From assembly GCA_017654855.1 (NCBI GenBank), contig CM030335.1:868001-932000 (forward strand): DNA of 64,000 bases, written 5' to 3'. This DNA comes from Podospora anserina (Eukaryota). Under the pieces are notes generated by a model that saw nothing but the letters and a program-made list of their open reading frames with translations, ran no database searches and had not been told where the DNA came from. A program made the position numbers and the translations under genes. This document shows, piece after piece, positions 11,306 to 24,248 of the stretch; position 1 is the stretch's first letter, and the number at the start of each line of letters is the position of its first letter.

Positions 11306-13352
11306 AAATTTGAGACCAAGACCCGATGAGAAGACTGCCAAGGAAATCGAGCGGTTCCTCAAACTACACTATGTCCGTTCTAGGCCATACGACAAGTGCA
11401 TGGACATTCTCTATGGACTAGACACACCATCAGGTATGAAGCCCTCGACTCATTGGAGTACCGTATGCTTATCCCCCCGTTCCTATTCACATCCACTGAC
11501 ACATCAAAGACGTGGAGCTTTCTTTTGACCTTTCCGGCTACGACAACTGGACAGTTTCGGAAGAGCAGTTCAAGATCTTCCTAGGAAAGCTCAAGTTCAG
11601 CGATGTGCTCCAATATGTTGGGATTCCAAAAGTCCCGCTCATCCATCGGAAAGCTGCTGTTAGTCGGGAGCCTCTTGGCAGTGCTATTGGGAGAAATGAT
11701 CTCCTCTTTGCGTCTGACTGCCTTCGTGACAAGGGAGTCAGATCCATCCTTGCCGTCATGGTGGACGATGAGCCGACCGTATCCGACAACTCAGAAGCCT
11801 CACGTACCCGACCACACACTGATGAAGCAATTGAAAGATCACTTAAAGGCTTTGGGATCGAAATCTGGGATTGGAAAAAAAACAGATACATGCTCCGAGG
11901 TTATCTGGAATGTTGCGCCGAATGTGCGCGAGGTTCAATTTTACTGGAACGGCAACAATGCCGTCTTGAGAGGCTGGGCTGAGTCAGGCGGACTCAGGAA
12001 GTTGAGCAAGCTAAAGCAGGTGTTTCTTTCCATTGAAGAGGTACGTTGTTTGCGATTACTGAGCTCTCTGAGACAGATTGGAAGCGGAACTAATACCTGG
12101 CGGAGATCAGAATCAGAAGCCCGAACTGGCACCTATGTTATGGACTTTGTCGTGCGCATGAAGGAACTCTGCGCTGGAGTCAAGGTCGAACTACAAGGTC
12201 CTCCGTACCGAAACCACACAGAATTATTAGCCTACCCGCGTACCCCACGGAATGTTGGCAAGCAACAAACCAAAGATGAATGGATCAAGTGCATGAATGG
12301 GTTCCACCACCTCCTCTCCCTAGCCGAGAAAATATTTTGATGTGGAAACCGACGCTGGGGGCTCAAAGACTCTGCGGCAGACTGTGGGCGCTAGCATCAA
12401 AATTGCCCTCATAGACGACGGCGTCGACTACAAGGATCTCCCCAAGCGCACCTTCATCGGCGGACACAGCTTTTCTACTCGAGACAAAGAGCGCAACCTG
12501 ATCCATCCGCATTATGTCTCCATCATGGGCCACGGGACCGCCATGGCTAGACACATCTACTACATGTGTCCAAGCGCTGAAATATACGTCTTGCGGCTGG
12601 AAGACTACCACCACCCAGAGGACCCAAACCTTCGACTGATAGCAGCAAGAAGTGCCGTAAAAGCCATTAGGGCTGCGGTGGGCAAGGAGGTGAACATCAA
12701 TTCCGTGTCATGGACTATCGAACCTACGGGAACAGAAGGAGACCAGAACCTGGAACTGGCAATTGCCGATGCGGCACAGAGAGGTATCCTCATGTTTTGC
12801 TCTGCCAGTGACCGTGGAGCAAAGCAAAACGCCACATACCCTTCCAAGGCCGCCCCCGGAAGAATCTTTACCATCGGTGCAGCATCAGTCTGGAGAAATG
12901 CCGTTGCATCAGTCGGGAGTTTAGATCGGATAACATTCATTTTACCAGGAGAAAAAGTCAGCGTGCCTGGAAGCGAAAGAGCCAGTCTGTCTTTCAGGGA
13001 ACCGTCTGGATCATCGGTCGCCACGGCGCTAGGTGCAGGATTAGCAGCTCTGATGTTGTACTGTGTGAAGGTTCATTTGGTCCTGGCCAAACCCGGGCCG
13101 GAAAAGGAAAGGATTCAAGAGGATTATAGCTTGTTATTGAAGCATGAAATCATGGTAAAGGTCATTTATGGAATTGGCATGACACCTGACACCAAGTTTA
13201 TAAAGGTATGCGGCGTATTTGGAAAGAGTACTTCAGCGGAAAGAGTAGTCCGCAGGGAACGAGTAAGCCCATTTAATAGCAGAGGTTGGGAAGACACTGT
13301 GCGCGAAACTGCTGTAGATAGTGTAGTTCAACTAGCACCCAAGATGACTTGA
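11306..13352 (+). pseudogene. Subtilisin-like S8 serine protease (large intracellular fungal type), 3' part; disrupted by LTR insertions and frameshifts
   Basis: Catalytic motifs IALIDDGVD, GHGTAMA, SGSSVATALGAG. Upstream conserved block (LKLHY, ELSFDLSG, WDWKKTD, YWNGNNAVLRGW). +1 frameshifts at A-runs ~11875-11882 and ~12329-12332. The frame continues upstream across the TSD into 4654-4694. Confidence 0.85.
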
Positions 13353-14033
13353 GGCAGGTAGATTGCTGCAGTGACGGAAAGAATGCTATTCAATTTCGTT
13401 CGACGGCAGGCTTCATTTTTCTCAAGCATGTTGAAACCTGACTGAACTAAAGATAGGGTGCATCAAGGCCGCCGGCCAATAGAACTGCAAGCAGAACGTC
13501 TAAGCTGCTCTTGTTAGGGGCGAATATACTGATTCAATGTCGATGGATAAGTCGGAACAAATGGCTCAATCCACATGATTGGCGTGTACGAGGCACGAAA
13601 AGACAAAAAAAGAGAGCAAGTCATGAAAGCGAGGAAAAGGGCACTGACAGACAGCTTTGGGGAGAAGAGGTGGTCAGTTATACAAGGGGTTAGGGCTCAT
13701 ATCGTGTAGTTCATGTGCGATAAGGTGACACCGTGCGACTGGTCCAGTGACGTAATGAAATCTTCGCACCAACCACCCACCTCTCAGCCAACGCAACACT
13801 CTCGCCGCCGCCGCCGTCAACCTGGAACCTGCTGAGACTTGCTGTGCCCGCCTCGGATTTATTCCGTCATTCGTCTCCATTTCTCTCGATCAAATATTCT
13901 AGATCTCTCCTCACTTTCCGCACACTCAACCTTCTCCCATCTCAAGCCAAGAAACACAACAAAGCTTAATCCGACATCTCCAACGGTTCTCTCCACAGTT
14001 CATCACAACCCCCACACGCTCACCAGCATCACC

Positions 14034-14343
14034 ATGTCTCCTCAAGGCCCCACCACTCAATCGCCCATGATCATGGATGCTGCTGCTGTCCAGCGCCCAG
14101 AGAATGCGCACCTGGATAGCAAGTTGCAGACGAGTCAGCCGGCAACATTTCAACCGATGGGTATGTTTCGGTCATTTCACCCCCAGAATTGGACTGTATC
14201 AACTGACAGGCAAATCAGATACCCAGAAGCCACACGAAGACTCAGAGGTCGGTCTGAGAGGTGGTGATCGCGGTGGCTGCTGCCCTGGTCGTTTCTGCTT
14301 CATCATTCCCTGCCCATTGCCCTGCGACTGCTGTATCATCTAA
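14034..14343 (+). CDS. 83-aa small protein with LRGG motif and Cys-rich CCII C-terminus (exons 14034-14160, 14219-14343)
   Basis: ACCATG context. 58-nt intron GTATGT...ACTGAC...CAG joins two ORFs in frame: MSPQGPTTQ...FQPMDTQKPHEDSEVGLRGGDRGGCCPGRFCFIIPCPLPCDCCII*. Confidence 0.8.
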
Positions 14344-14953
14344 GCGCTCTCAATCCCGTTCTTGATGTCATCACAAGGGTGGACAACTTCAATATGGAAT
14401 TATATTTGTTTACTGGATCGGACTGGGTGGTAATTTTGAGGAAGCTGGCTAGATACAGTACCAGCCATGCATGAGTAATGACATCCCTATTTCTTGCAGA
14501 GACTTTGCTTGACTCTTCAACCTGCATCTTCTTGTAACAAGGACCCATCGATGAATGGGAATAGGGAATCATCCGATGCAGCTTACTACCTGTAACAGTG
14601 CTACTACATGCTCACGAGGTCCATGGGAAGTTCTGGGCAATGCAGGGTTTACTTGGCTGTTGCCAGATCCCTCATTGATACAACCAACAGCCCAAGCAAG
14701 ATGCAAAGTTCGAGTCTCGGCTCATTCTCAGCGTCGGTATGCAACCTATCAACTGTTGCATGACAGTCCCACCAGCCAGTAAGCAAGATGCGGCCCGCAT
14801 GCCTCCAAATTTTGTTGCGACTTTAAGTCCGAGTTTGTGTTGTAAACATGTGCAATCTTTTACTGGTTGAATGCCGCCCATAAAGGTGTCAGATTCACGC
14901 ATTTCACTACCGCTTTTGACCGTTTTTGCACTGAGACTCCGTTGGACATCACC

Positions 14954-16944
14954 ATGGGCCTCTACAAAGAGCTACCGGAATCCCTCACCGAGGTCGACAT
15001 CATCATCGCCGGAGGTGAGACTCTCACCGTTCTAATTAATGACAAGCAGTGAACGAGAGACCTAACTTAGCGGACAGGTGGCACGGCCGGCTGCATCGTC
15101 GCCGCAAGACTAACAGATGCTGATCCCAACCTTTCCATCCTGGTGATTGAGCGCGGCAGCAATAATGACCTGCCCACAATCGCATATCCGCTGTTCTTCA
15201 TGCAGAACATTGTGCCAGGCAGCAAGGCAAGCATTTTTTACCAAACAGCGCCGGAGGAGCAGCTGGATGGTCGAGAGATCATTGTCCCTGCTGGTGGTGT
15301 TCTCGGGGGCGGGTCGTCGATCAACCTGATGATGTACACTCGGGCTCAGAGGTCCGACTTCGACGGGTGGGGTGTGCCAGGTTGGTCTGCTGATGAGATG
15401 TTGCCGTATCTAAAGAAGGTCAGTATTAACCAAGGGATGCTTTGAGAGACTGGATTCACTGACACACTTAAAGCTGGAGACTTATCACGGAGTGGACCAC
15501 AATGGAACGCATGGTCATGATGGTCCCATTAATGTTTCTACTGGCACTTTCACGTCTACCAGGTTCCAAAATGAGTTCCTTTCTGTAGTGGAAGAAACGG
15601 GATGGCCCACAAGTGATGATCTCCAGAACCTGGACTCCTCGAATGGAATTGGTATGTTCTTTGCCAGTTTGCAGCTAAACTCCTATTGACCTGCTAATCG
15701 GGAACACAGGAGCCCAACCCGCCCTCCGCTATGTATCTCCCGACGGTGCACGTCAAGACACCGCGAACCGCTACCTCCACCCGCGCCTCCAATCCGGCAC
15801 CAATCCCAACCTCCATGTCCTCCTCGAAACAAGCGTCATCCGTGTCCTCTTCGACGACAACAAGCGCGTCAGGGCTGTAGAGGTCACCCGCAACCCGCTT
15901 TACCACGACACTCATTCACCCACCCAAACGGTCAAAGCCCGCAAAACGATAGTCATTTCCTCCGGCGCCCTGGGCACACCGCCCATTCTCGAGCGATCTG
16001 GCATTGGCTCCCCCGAAGTTCTCTCCCGCGCCAAAGTCGAAATAGTTGTCCCCCTACCCGGAGTTGGCGCTGAATACGAAGACCACCAACTCTGCGTGTA
16101 CCCTTACCACTCCTCTCTATCCCCATCGGAGACAGCCGATTCTGTTGCCCTTGGTCGCGTAGATCCAGCCACCCTGATCCAAAATAATGACCCCACCCTG
16201 GGGTGGAACACCATGGACGTAACCTGCAAGCTCCGCCCTCTTGCCGACAAAGACATCACCGACCTAGGACCGGCCTTTGAAGCCGCCTGGAACAACGACT
16301 TCGCCAACACCCCCGACAAGCCCCTCGGCATGATCGCCCCCGTAGCCGTTTTCCCCAACAACCCCGACCTCGTTTCCGCATTCGGCCCGGATAAACAGTA
16401 CTTCTCCATCAGCTGCTTCACCGTCCACCCTTACTCCCGCGGCCACATCCACATCACCAGCCCCGAACTGACCTCCCCACCAGACTTCAAAACCGGCTTC
16501 TTGACCGACAAAAACAATCTCGACATCAAAATGCACATCTGGTTGTACAAAACCCAACGTGAAATCGCCCGACGAATGCCCCTCTACCGCGGCGAAGTCA
16601 CCCCCTGCCACCCCCCTTTCTCTCCCTCCTCCAAAGCCAGCGCAGTCCACCTCAACCAACCCCTCAACGGCAAGGTCAACAACATCTCCTACACCCCCCA
16701 AGACGACGCCATAATCGAGCAGCATATCCGTCAAAACGTCAGCACGACCTGGCACTCCCTCGGCACATGCAAAATCGGGTCGGTAGTGGACGAAAACCTG
16801 AATGTGTACGGCACCACAGGCCTCAAGATCGCCGATTTGAGCGTCCTGCCTGGGAATGTGGCTGCGAATACGAATAACATGGCTATGGCGGTGGGGGAGA
16901 AGGCGGCGGGTGTTATTATTGGGGAGCTTGGTCTTGGTCTTTAG
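14954..16944 (+). CDS. GMC oxidoreductase (alcohol oxidase-like, AA3), intracellular, 3 introns
   Basis: Spliced DIIIAGGGTAGC Rossmann motif, GGVLGGGSSIN, WHSLGTCKIG, GLKIADLS. Introns ~15015-15077, 15419-15473, 15652-15709. Confidence 0.92.
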
Positions 16945-16964
16945 CTAGGTGCATGATAGGAGGG

Positions 16965-17306
16965 TTAGATGTAGCGAAACATGTTGTCCCTCACGCCTCT
17001 CTTCATCGCGACTGGCTTCCCGTCTTCGTACTCGACGCCTGATTCGCCTCCTTCGCCTGAGAGGCCTTCCATTTTCAGGCGGAGCTCTTCGTCTAGTTCT
17101 TTGAGGGTTTTCTTCTTTTTTGGTGGGGTGGCATCTTCTTGGGGGTTGGGCGGCGGTGTTTCTGTGGATGGCTGTGATGAGGGCTGCTGGTTGGTTTGGT
17201 GGTGTTGCTGTTGGATGGAGCGTGTTTGCGTCGAATGAGGGAGGAGATATATCTCAATTGTCGAGACCCGTGGTAGGGCAGGGATTCTTTTAGGTATTCT
17301 AAGCAT
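16965..17306 (-). CDS. Small hypothetical protein, probably mitochondrial
   Basis: Arg-rich N-terminus MLRIPKRIPALPR; C-terminus LDEELRLKMEGLSGEGGESGVEYEDGKPVAMKRGVRDNMFRYI resembles a conserved fungal hypothetical family (recollection). Confidence 0.7.
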   Translation of the reverse strand: MLRIPKRIPALPRVSTIEIYLLPHSTQTRSIQQQHHQTNQQPSSQPSTETPPPNPQEDATPPKKKKTLKELDEELRLKMEGLSGEGGESGVEYEDGKPVAMKRGVRDNMFRYI

Positions 17307-18701
17307 TTTCGCAGTTTTTGCTCGGTGGGTGAAATCGATTTGGGTGTGAAAGGGAAGACTTGGCATTGGAGGCTGATGAGGTTAACAACAGAGCTTTGGT
17401 GGAGTTTTATGGAGCCACGGGCGGTGATGTCACTGCCGAAGATCAGCAGGGACAGAGCATGTACGTAGGTAGTGAACGACCCCCTACAGTGAGAAGCGAC
17501 CACGCCCGGAGCATTTGTGCCGAGTTGCAAACGCTGGCTCTTCATCTGAAGTTCCTGAACCTTCTGCGTTGGCAACACGCGGGGTCCACAGGCACCAGGC
17601 TCGTTAGCCATGGGGGACAGTTCAACGCCAAACACTAACAATTAAAACACAAGCAACGCTGGTCAACCTCCAACTCAATGTTTCCAGCTCCTCTGCTCTT
17701 CGCCTTGCCGCCTTAAAGACATCCCCCAAATTGGCATCATCGCAGCCTCATCCTTTTTTTATTCCTCATGGTTTGTTTATGAGAGATTTTATTATGGCAA
17801 GTATTTTATAGATATTTTTTTAAGCTACCGCAATTCCTTTCGCAATGCCATCCTCGACCCTGACTCCATAGTCCTAGTCGTACAACACAATCTTGACCAA
17901 TCTGAAAGCAAACACGTGTATGAAGCGTTGGCTGGGGTATATCCTCCGTTTGAGGAGCAAATTCCGCGAGACTCTCTCAACAAGGGGAAGGCCGTTGTAT
18001 CAGTTGCAAGCTTCCCCCCACTGCCAGGCTCCCTGCGTCATGGGCAGTTTCAACCCAACGGTAAAGTCTCTACCTCACTCTGTTGGTTCATCGTGGCTGC
18101 AAACAGCATCACTGACGATTTGATCTTTTGCCTCCAATAGGGACGGTCCACCAAACACTGACGATCCGGTTTTGACGCGCGACAAAGATCCAGTGGGGGC
18201 TAAGATATTTGACGACACGCTTTCATCCGGAAGAGCTCGCGTACGTTGCGATCCATTTCGGCAGTGTTATATAAGACGCCGCGAGCTAAAATGAGTTCCT
18301 ACAGTGCGTTTAAAGGACGAGTGGTGATTAAAATGATCGCCACCCACCCAGCCAGCGTATTGGCGCAGAGAACACGCAACCGGCATCACCACCTGGCTTC
18401 TTGCTTTGGCGAAGGAAGCTGGTACTGGAATATGAGTGGCAGGGACTCCCATGGGCAGGCTGTTCTTTAAGAATATCGGTTTCAAGGAGCTCAAAACCGT
18501 CGAAATACTTGGGTATGAAGCTCATCCAAAACCCATTTATGCGTGGTTGGGTCTACTGGACCAGGCCTCCTCAGAACCTGTCGAGCGCCTGAGACGATAG
18601 ATATCGTGCACGTAGGCAGGCATACCGCACTCAAAACAGAAGTCCAAATTATGCATTAAAGTATGTACAAAAACTCCCATTTTCCCATCTTATGTCTCCA
18701 T

Positions 18702-19447
18702 CTACTTGGTAGATGGGTTGGGGGACTTGGTGTTCCCAGGAAACTTCCTAAAGATATCCGCAATGTGGTCAATAGGCGCAGCCAACATTCCCATGGCCGA
18801 CTCGAAGTAAGGGTTCTCCCCCGCACTTGGGTGGCTTCTTGACGGAACGAACGCCTTGGTGAGACCAAACTTCTTCGCCATGCCCTCCGACTCGCCCTTG
18901 GCCGACTGCAACGCCGCCTCGAGCGCCGGCAGGTCATTCTCCTCCTCCTCCTTGATGTGTTGCGACAAGACCGACCAAAGCTCCTTCAGCTTGGGGACAT
19001 AGTCTGCCGACTCGGCCTTCATGTTCTGGAATTCCTTGAGGAGCTCTTTTACCTGTTGGATTTTGTTAGTATGACTGTGCTGTATCGGAAGCGCTAGATG
19101 GAGATGCTCACTCTGTGATGTTGCTTGCGGTCGTCCTCGGCCATGGCGTGGCCCTTGTCGCCCATATGAGACTCAAAAGCGGGATAGACAATCAGCTCTT
19201 CGGCGACCGAGTGGCGCGCCAGCTCCCAAGTGAATTGGTTGCCAAAGCGCTGTTGGTGATCGGGGTCATTGGAGTTAATGACTTCGTTGTAGTACTGCTC
19301 GAGCTCTCGGTGGTCTTTGGTGATGACTTCGGAGATGGATGTGCCGGGCTTGACGGAGGCTGAGAACTGACGAGCCGCACATGGGAGGGTTTGTTGCCTA
19401 AAGGCGCCCATGATAGGGGCTGATACGAGAGGGCGTAGACGCATCAT
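18702..19447 (-). CDS. Hemerythrin/HHE cation-binding domain protein (intron 19053-19111)
   Basis: DHRE, RHSVAEELIVYP, HIKEEE motifs; canonical intron. Confidence 0.9.
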
Positions 19448-19695
19448 GGTTATTGTGATTGTGGTTGTGGTTGTGGTTGTTTAAGTGTTGTGTGACTTGT
19501 CGAAGTGGTGAAGAAAGTCGAGAAAACTGATCAATGAGGATTGCGAGATTTGAAATGACTGTTCGTCAGCTTTGGGACAGGTCCTTAAATATCGGCAACC
19601 AATTCTCGGCTCCTTCCCTCTGAATCATTTACATATAGTCCAATGACGCGTTCATGGGGTGGTGGAGAGTGAAGGTACGACAAGTGAAGTGCTCA

Positions 19696-19703
19696 TGACG
19701 TCA
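19696..19703. promoter_or_regulatory. CRE/ATF-type palindrome TGACGTCA upstream of the HHE gene
   Basis: Perfect palindrome ~250 bp upstream of the start codon; function inferred. Confidence 0.4.
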
Positions 19704-20113
19704 CCACCCATCTTCATTGATATCACCACATTTTTAATTGGAAGTCGCCTATTCACCCCCGCTTCTTCATCAGCGTAGCCCCGGTATCGTTGAAATGCAG
19801 AGAAAGGACGAGTTCCGAGCTGGCGACATCTTTCCTTCCGAAAATGGCAGTCACTTCCTTCCTCATCGAGCGTCCCTGTCGCTCGGGACACTCATCCCGG
19901 CGCGGGCAGTTTGCTCCTGACAGGCGCCATGTTAGAAGCCCAGACGGGCCGGAGCAGCTGAGAACACCAGGCGAAGGGGTAACGTGTGTAAGAACCCCGA
20001 CATTGGACGGGAGACATGTGCAATGTGGCCAAAGGCTTCTACAGGTGTTGCAGCCTGGTTCTTTAGCTAGATATTGCAATCCTTTTCATCTGTGCACAAA
20101 CCAGACGTCTTGT

Positions 20114-21092
20114 CTAGAGCACCCTCGCCCTACCATCCATCAACCGCTCAGCATAATCCACCCCCCTCTTCCTCAAGACAGTCGAGTTCAGCCTCTTCTG
20201 ATACTCGACAGCCACCGCCTGCAGGTTCCGCACCAGAATATCGGTCGTGAACTGAGCCTCGGGTCTCTTCCAGCCAAGTTCGGTCGGGAGACGCTCGTTT
20301 TCTATATTTACCAAGTCAGAAACCGGAACTTCAATGAGTGTGATAGAACGATGCTAAACGTACGGAAAAGGTATTCCACACGCGTCTTCTCGACAGTGAG
20401 GGCCTCAGCGTCTCCGAGGATGGAGATGAACGCGGCTGTCTCGCCGAGGATGAAAGCCTCGCCAAGTTGGGAGAGGGAGTATTGAGGATTGGTTGATTTG
20501 CATGTCTTCATGCGAGCGACGATGGCAGCGGCACCGCTCTCGACGTTGACGATGTCGCCCCAGTGGGAGCGGGTTTCGTCAAAGGCTTCCTGGTTGAAAA
20601 TGTCGGCGTGGCCGTGGAAGGCGTCGACGCGACTGTGAAGACATATATCAGAGCAATCCATTGGAGTTTATGGGGGTGTGACATACGAGAGACTGGCATC
20701 ATGCTCCAGCACGTTGTGGCGGGTCAAGTGGTCAAGCGAGAACCAGGTAGAGTTCGGCTCCGGGTTCGTGCTGATGGCGAAGTCAAAGAGGAAAGCGGAG
20801 ATGTTGGCATCGAAGTTGACAGCGTTGAAGAGGCCGTTGGTGAGGTCATCGAGGGTGATGTATTTGCCGGTACGAGGGAGGAAGCCGTGGTTGGCAAAGG
20901 TGTTTAGGAATGGGCATGGCCCACGGACTATGAAAAGGTTAGCTGATGCAATCAGGCATCACAGATCTCCCGCTGTGAGAATTACGCACCATCGCCTGCC
21001 TTAGGCCCATGCCATTGCTCAAAGGGGTCGCTGTTGGACACATTGACAGCCGCAGCGGCCACCGCCAAAGAAAGAAAGGCTGCAAGTCTCAT
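20114..21092 (-). CDS. Secreted heme-thiolate peroxidase / short unspecific peroxygenase, 3 introns
   Basis: Signal peptide MRLAAFLSLAVAAAA; RGPCPFLNTFANHG (PCP thiolate motif); LEHDASLS; NERLP.ELGW. Confidence 0.9.
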
Positions 21093-22345
21093 GATGAATG
21101 ACAATGATAGTACAAAACCGTCAACCTGTCCTACCTGCCTCTCATCTCAACATTGGCCACGACAAGCTCCCATCTTTATATCGATCGCTCTACAGACATG
21201 CACCAGGATCTTGGGTAGCACGGCAAGTTCCATCGGACCGCGCATATGGACGCGCAAGCGGCTCGACATCATGCGAACCCGAGCATAGCCTCCTTCGCCC
21301 AGGTATGTAATGTGGTATTCCAGGTTGCACTTTGACTAATTGGAGCCACTTCATTGGGGGAAGTCGGATCCTACACAGTTCCCCAATCCGACCTGATCCA
21401 GTCGGATATGGGCCGGCCAGGTGGGTAAAGATCCGCATGAATCAGACAACAACAAAGTCCCGGGACTTTGCATTTCCCTGCGATATCATGCTCGGTAGCA
21501 TGTAAGGTGGCTTTAAAGCCGAGAATGTGACCTCAATCCGCGGATCGGGGCAAGGCTTTTAAGGGGAAGTAAAAATGCCGATCCAGCGGTTCAAAGGCGG
21601 GCGGACCAAGGGTGTGTCTTCCTGTCACCTACCTATTTACCATGAACGTCATCTCTGGCTCTTGGAGGAAATGGGCGGAATAGCACAAGCTGAGAATGGG
21701 TCTTTAGAAGGTTGCAGTGCTGAGATTGAACATTGAGACCCAATCCAGGACTAACCTTCGTCAAAGCACGCCATCAATGTGCCTTTTCGAAACTGCAAGG
21801 CATTCTTCGGACTCTTTAAGTCGATGCCCGCCGGGCGCCTGATCCTTCACCGACTTTCCCCGGTAACCCTTCGAGAATACGAGGACCCTTATACCCATGC
21901 ATTCTGGGTTGCATCTCTGCCTACTTGACACTGCAAAGCTACAGACGACATGCGTGGTGGCTTAAACCCAACAGCTGACGTGGCTTGCTGTTGTGAGAAC
22001 AGAGGCTGAACTGTTGCCAAGACATACGTTGGGAGGATGCCAAAATCGATTCTGATTTCTTCCCAGACACGATACGACGTTACGTCTCGAAGAGTTGATT
22101 GTTAAATTGAGAAGGAATTTTCTCGGGGAGCCTGCAGTTCCATGATGTGTAACCTGGTTACACCGTCGATGTCATGAACCCCCGGCTCGGTGAAGACTCC
22201 AAATATGGCGATGACACGATGAGACAAGGCTGTGCATGAGAATTCAAATAATAACACGATACAACTCTCTCGCTTGCAAAGAGCTGCCATTGCTAGCGCC
22301 AATACATGCCTGTAAGGTACCTAGGTCCATGATGGAGTGGGAAGA

Positions 22346-23747
22346 CTACAAACTCGTGAGCTCCGGAGTCCCTTCAGCACGCGGGGCAGAGAACCTCGTC
22401 TCGACAAAACATTTCACCAGACCCTCCTCCCTCTTCTCCTGCAGCTTATATGCCTTTGCTATATCGTCAATCTTGAACCGATGCGTCAACATGATGGTGG
22501 GATCGATCTCTCCTTTTTCAACCATCTCGAGAAGCTCCTCCCAATCTGAAGCAATGTTAGCCACTGAAGCGGTCACTAAAGGTGTGAGCAAACTTACATC
22601 TCTGCACTGGAGCCTGTCCACACCCGATCAAGTAAATACCAAGCTCCATCAGGGCACCGACATTGAAATGATTAGTGAACCCGACGTAATCACCAATGAT
22701 GCCGACTCTCCCAAACTTCTTGGTCGCGTACAGACATTCATTGATCATCTCGCTTGTATCCTGCTCCGCCCCAATCGCCATCTCCAGCTTGTGCGCCCAT
22801 CCTTTGGCGTACTCTCCTCCGCTCGCATCAATGCTGACATCAACACCCCCAGGCACCATTTCGTGTATCTTTGTCGGCACTGTCTGTCCAGATTCCAATG
22901 TTGCATAGTTGATGGTCTCTAGCCCCGGGATCTTGGACTTTGCGTACTCGGTCCGCCAGTTGCTGTCGATGCCAATAACACGTTTCGCACCCTTCTTCTT
23001 TGCCCAAAAGCACGCCATGAAGCCGATGGGACCGAGGCCCCAGATGGCGACTGTGTCTCCCTCGTTGACGCCGGTGTAGACCACGCTGTGGTACGAAGTG
23101 GGCAGCACATCAGAGAGATACAGTGCCTTTTCATCCGGGACGTTGTCAGGGATCTTGAGGAGGTTGTTCTCAGCCAGCGGGATCCTGACGTACTCGGCCT
23201 GTCCGCCCGCATACCCCCCCGTCAAGTGTGAGTAACCAAAGATGCCGCCCATGCGCCCGCCATAAAGCTTGGCGTGAAGAGTTGAGGCATTCGTCTTTTC
23301 GCATGCAGTAGGGAGCTTGTCCTTGCAGTAACTACACTCGCCGCAAGAGATGCAAAAGCTGTTCACCACCCGATCACCAACAGCGAGCTTGGTGATCGAC
23401 GGTCCCACCGACTCGACAACGCCGCAGAACTCGTGTCCCAGAATATCGCCCTTTTCGACCTGCACCACCACTCCATGCATCAGGTGTACGTCGCTGCCGC
23501 AGACGGTAGAACCAGTGACCTTGAGGATGACATCGTGGTCATCGACAATCTTAGGCTTGGACGTCTCGATGACTCGTACGTCGTTCTTGCCCATCCAAGC
23601 GAGGGCTTTCATCTTCGCGCCGCTGTCGTCCGTGTACCGGCCGCCGTCGCGGTCAGGGTTGGAGATATCGGTGTGGGCCGCACGGTTTTGGTCACCGTGT
23701 CCGAGGGCCATCTCGGCCAGCCTGGCCGTCATGTTCTCTGCAACCAT
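22346..23747 (-). CDS. Zn-dependent medium-chain dehydrogenase (formaldehyde dehydrogenase-like; intron 22546-22597)
   Basis: CGSDVH, GHEFCG, CGECSYC...C structural Zn site, GLGPIG NAD-binding motif. Confidence 0.92.
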
Positions 23748-24248
23748 GGTGGATGATCTGTCGATGAATGTAAATAGGGTACCTTGGGTCGTGAGAGATA
23801 CTGGGCAGTGGATTTGTGGGGAGAAGACATGAGTTCGGCGACGGTAACAATGCTGCCGTCATATGGACACGAGTTGTCTTGGCATCCATATCTTCAACCA
23901 AATCGTCGACGTCACGACATGTTGCGTGCGGAGAAAACTCTCCGGGTTTCGAGAGTAATGTTGGCTTAAAATTTGCGACTTCCTTCAAGTTAAATCCCCA
24001 AATTGACCGGCGCTTAAATACTTGGTCAGCGGGGTTTGTGGCTGAAAGGGAGGGAAGGGGCAACAGCCTTGGGCTCTTACCAAGATTTAAATAAAGATTG
24101 AGAAGAGGAAGGTGCTTTGATGAATATCAAACGAGGAAGGTGCTCTTGAGTATCACGCCATATTTGCTCGTCTCTCCTGCTTTGACAGCAACAGTTGTGG
24201 CTGGGGCCATCGATGCTGCCAGTAAGCCACCGAGCAAAGGTTTGTTCC

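Noticed and set aside
16965-17306. SDH8/SDHAF4 assignment
   Set aside because: Lacks the EPxRxGDW motif; left as hypothetical.
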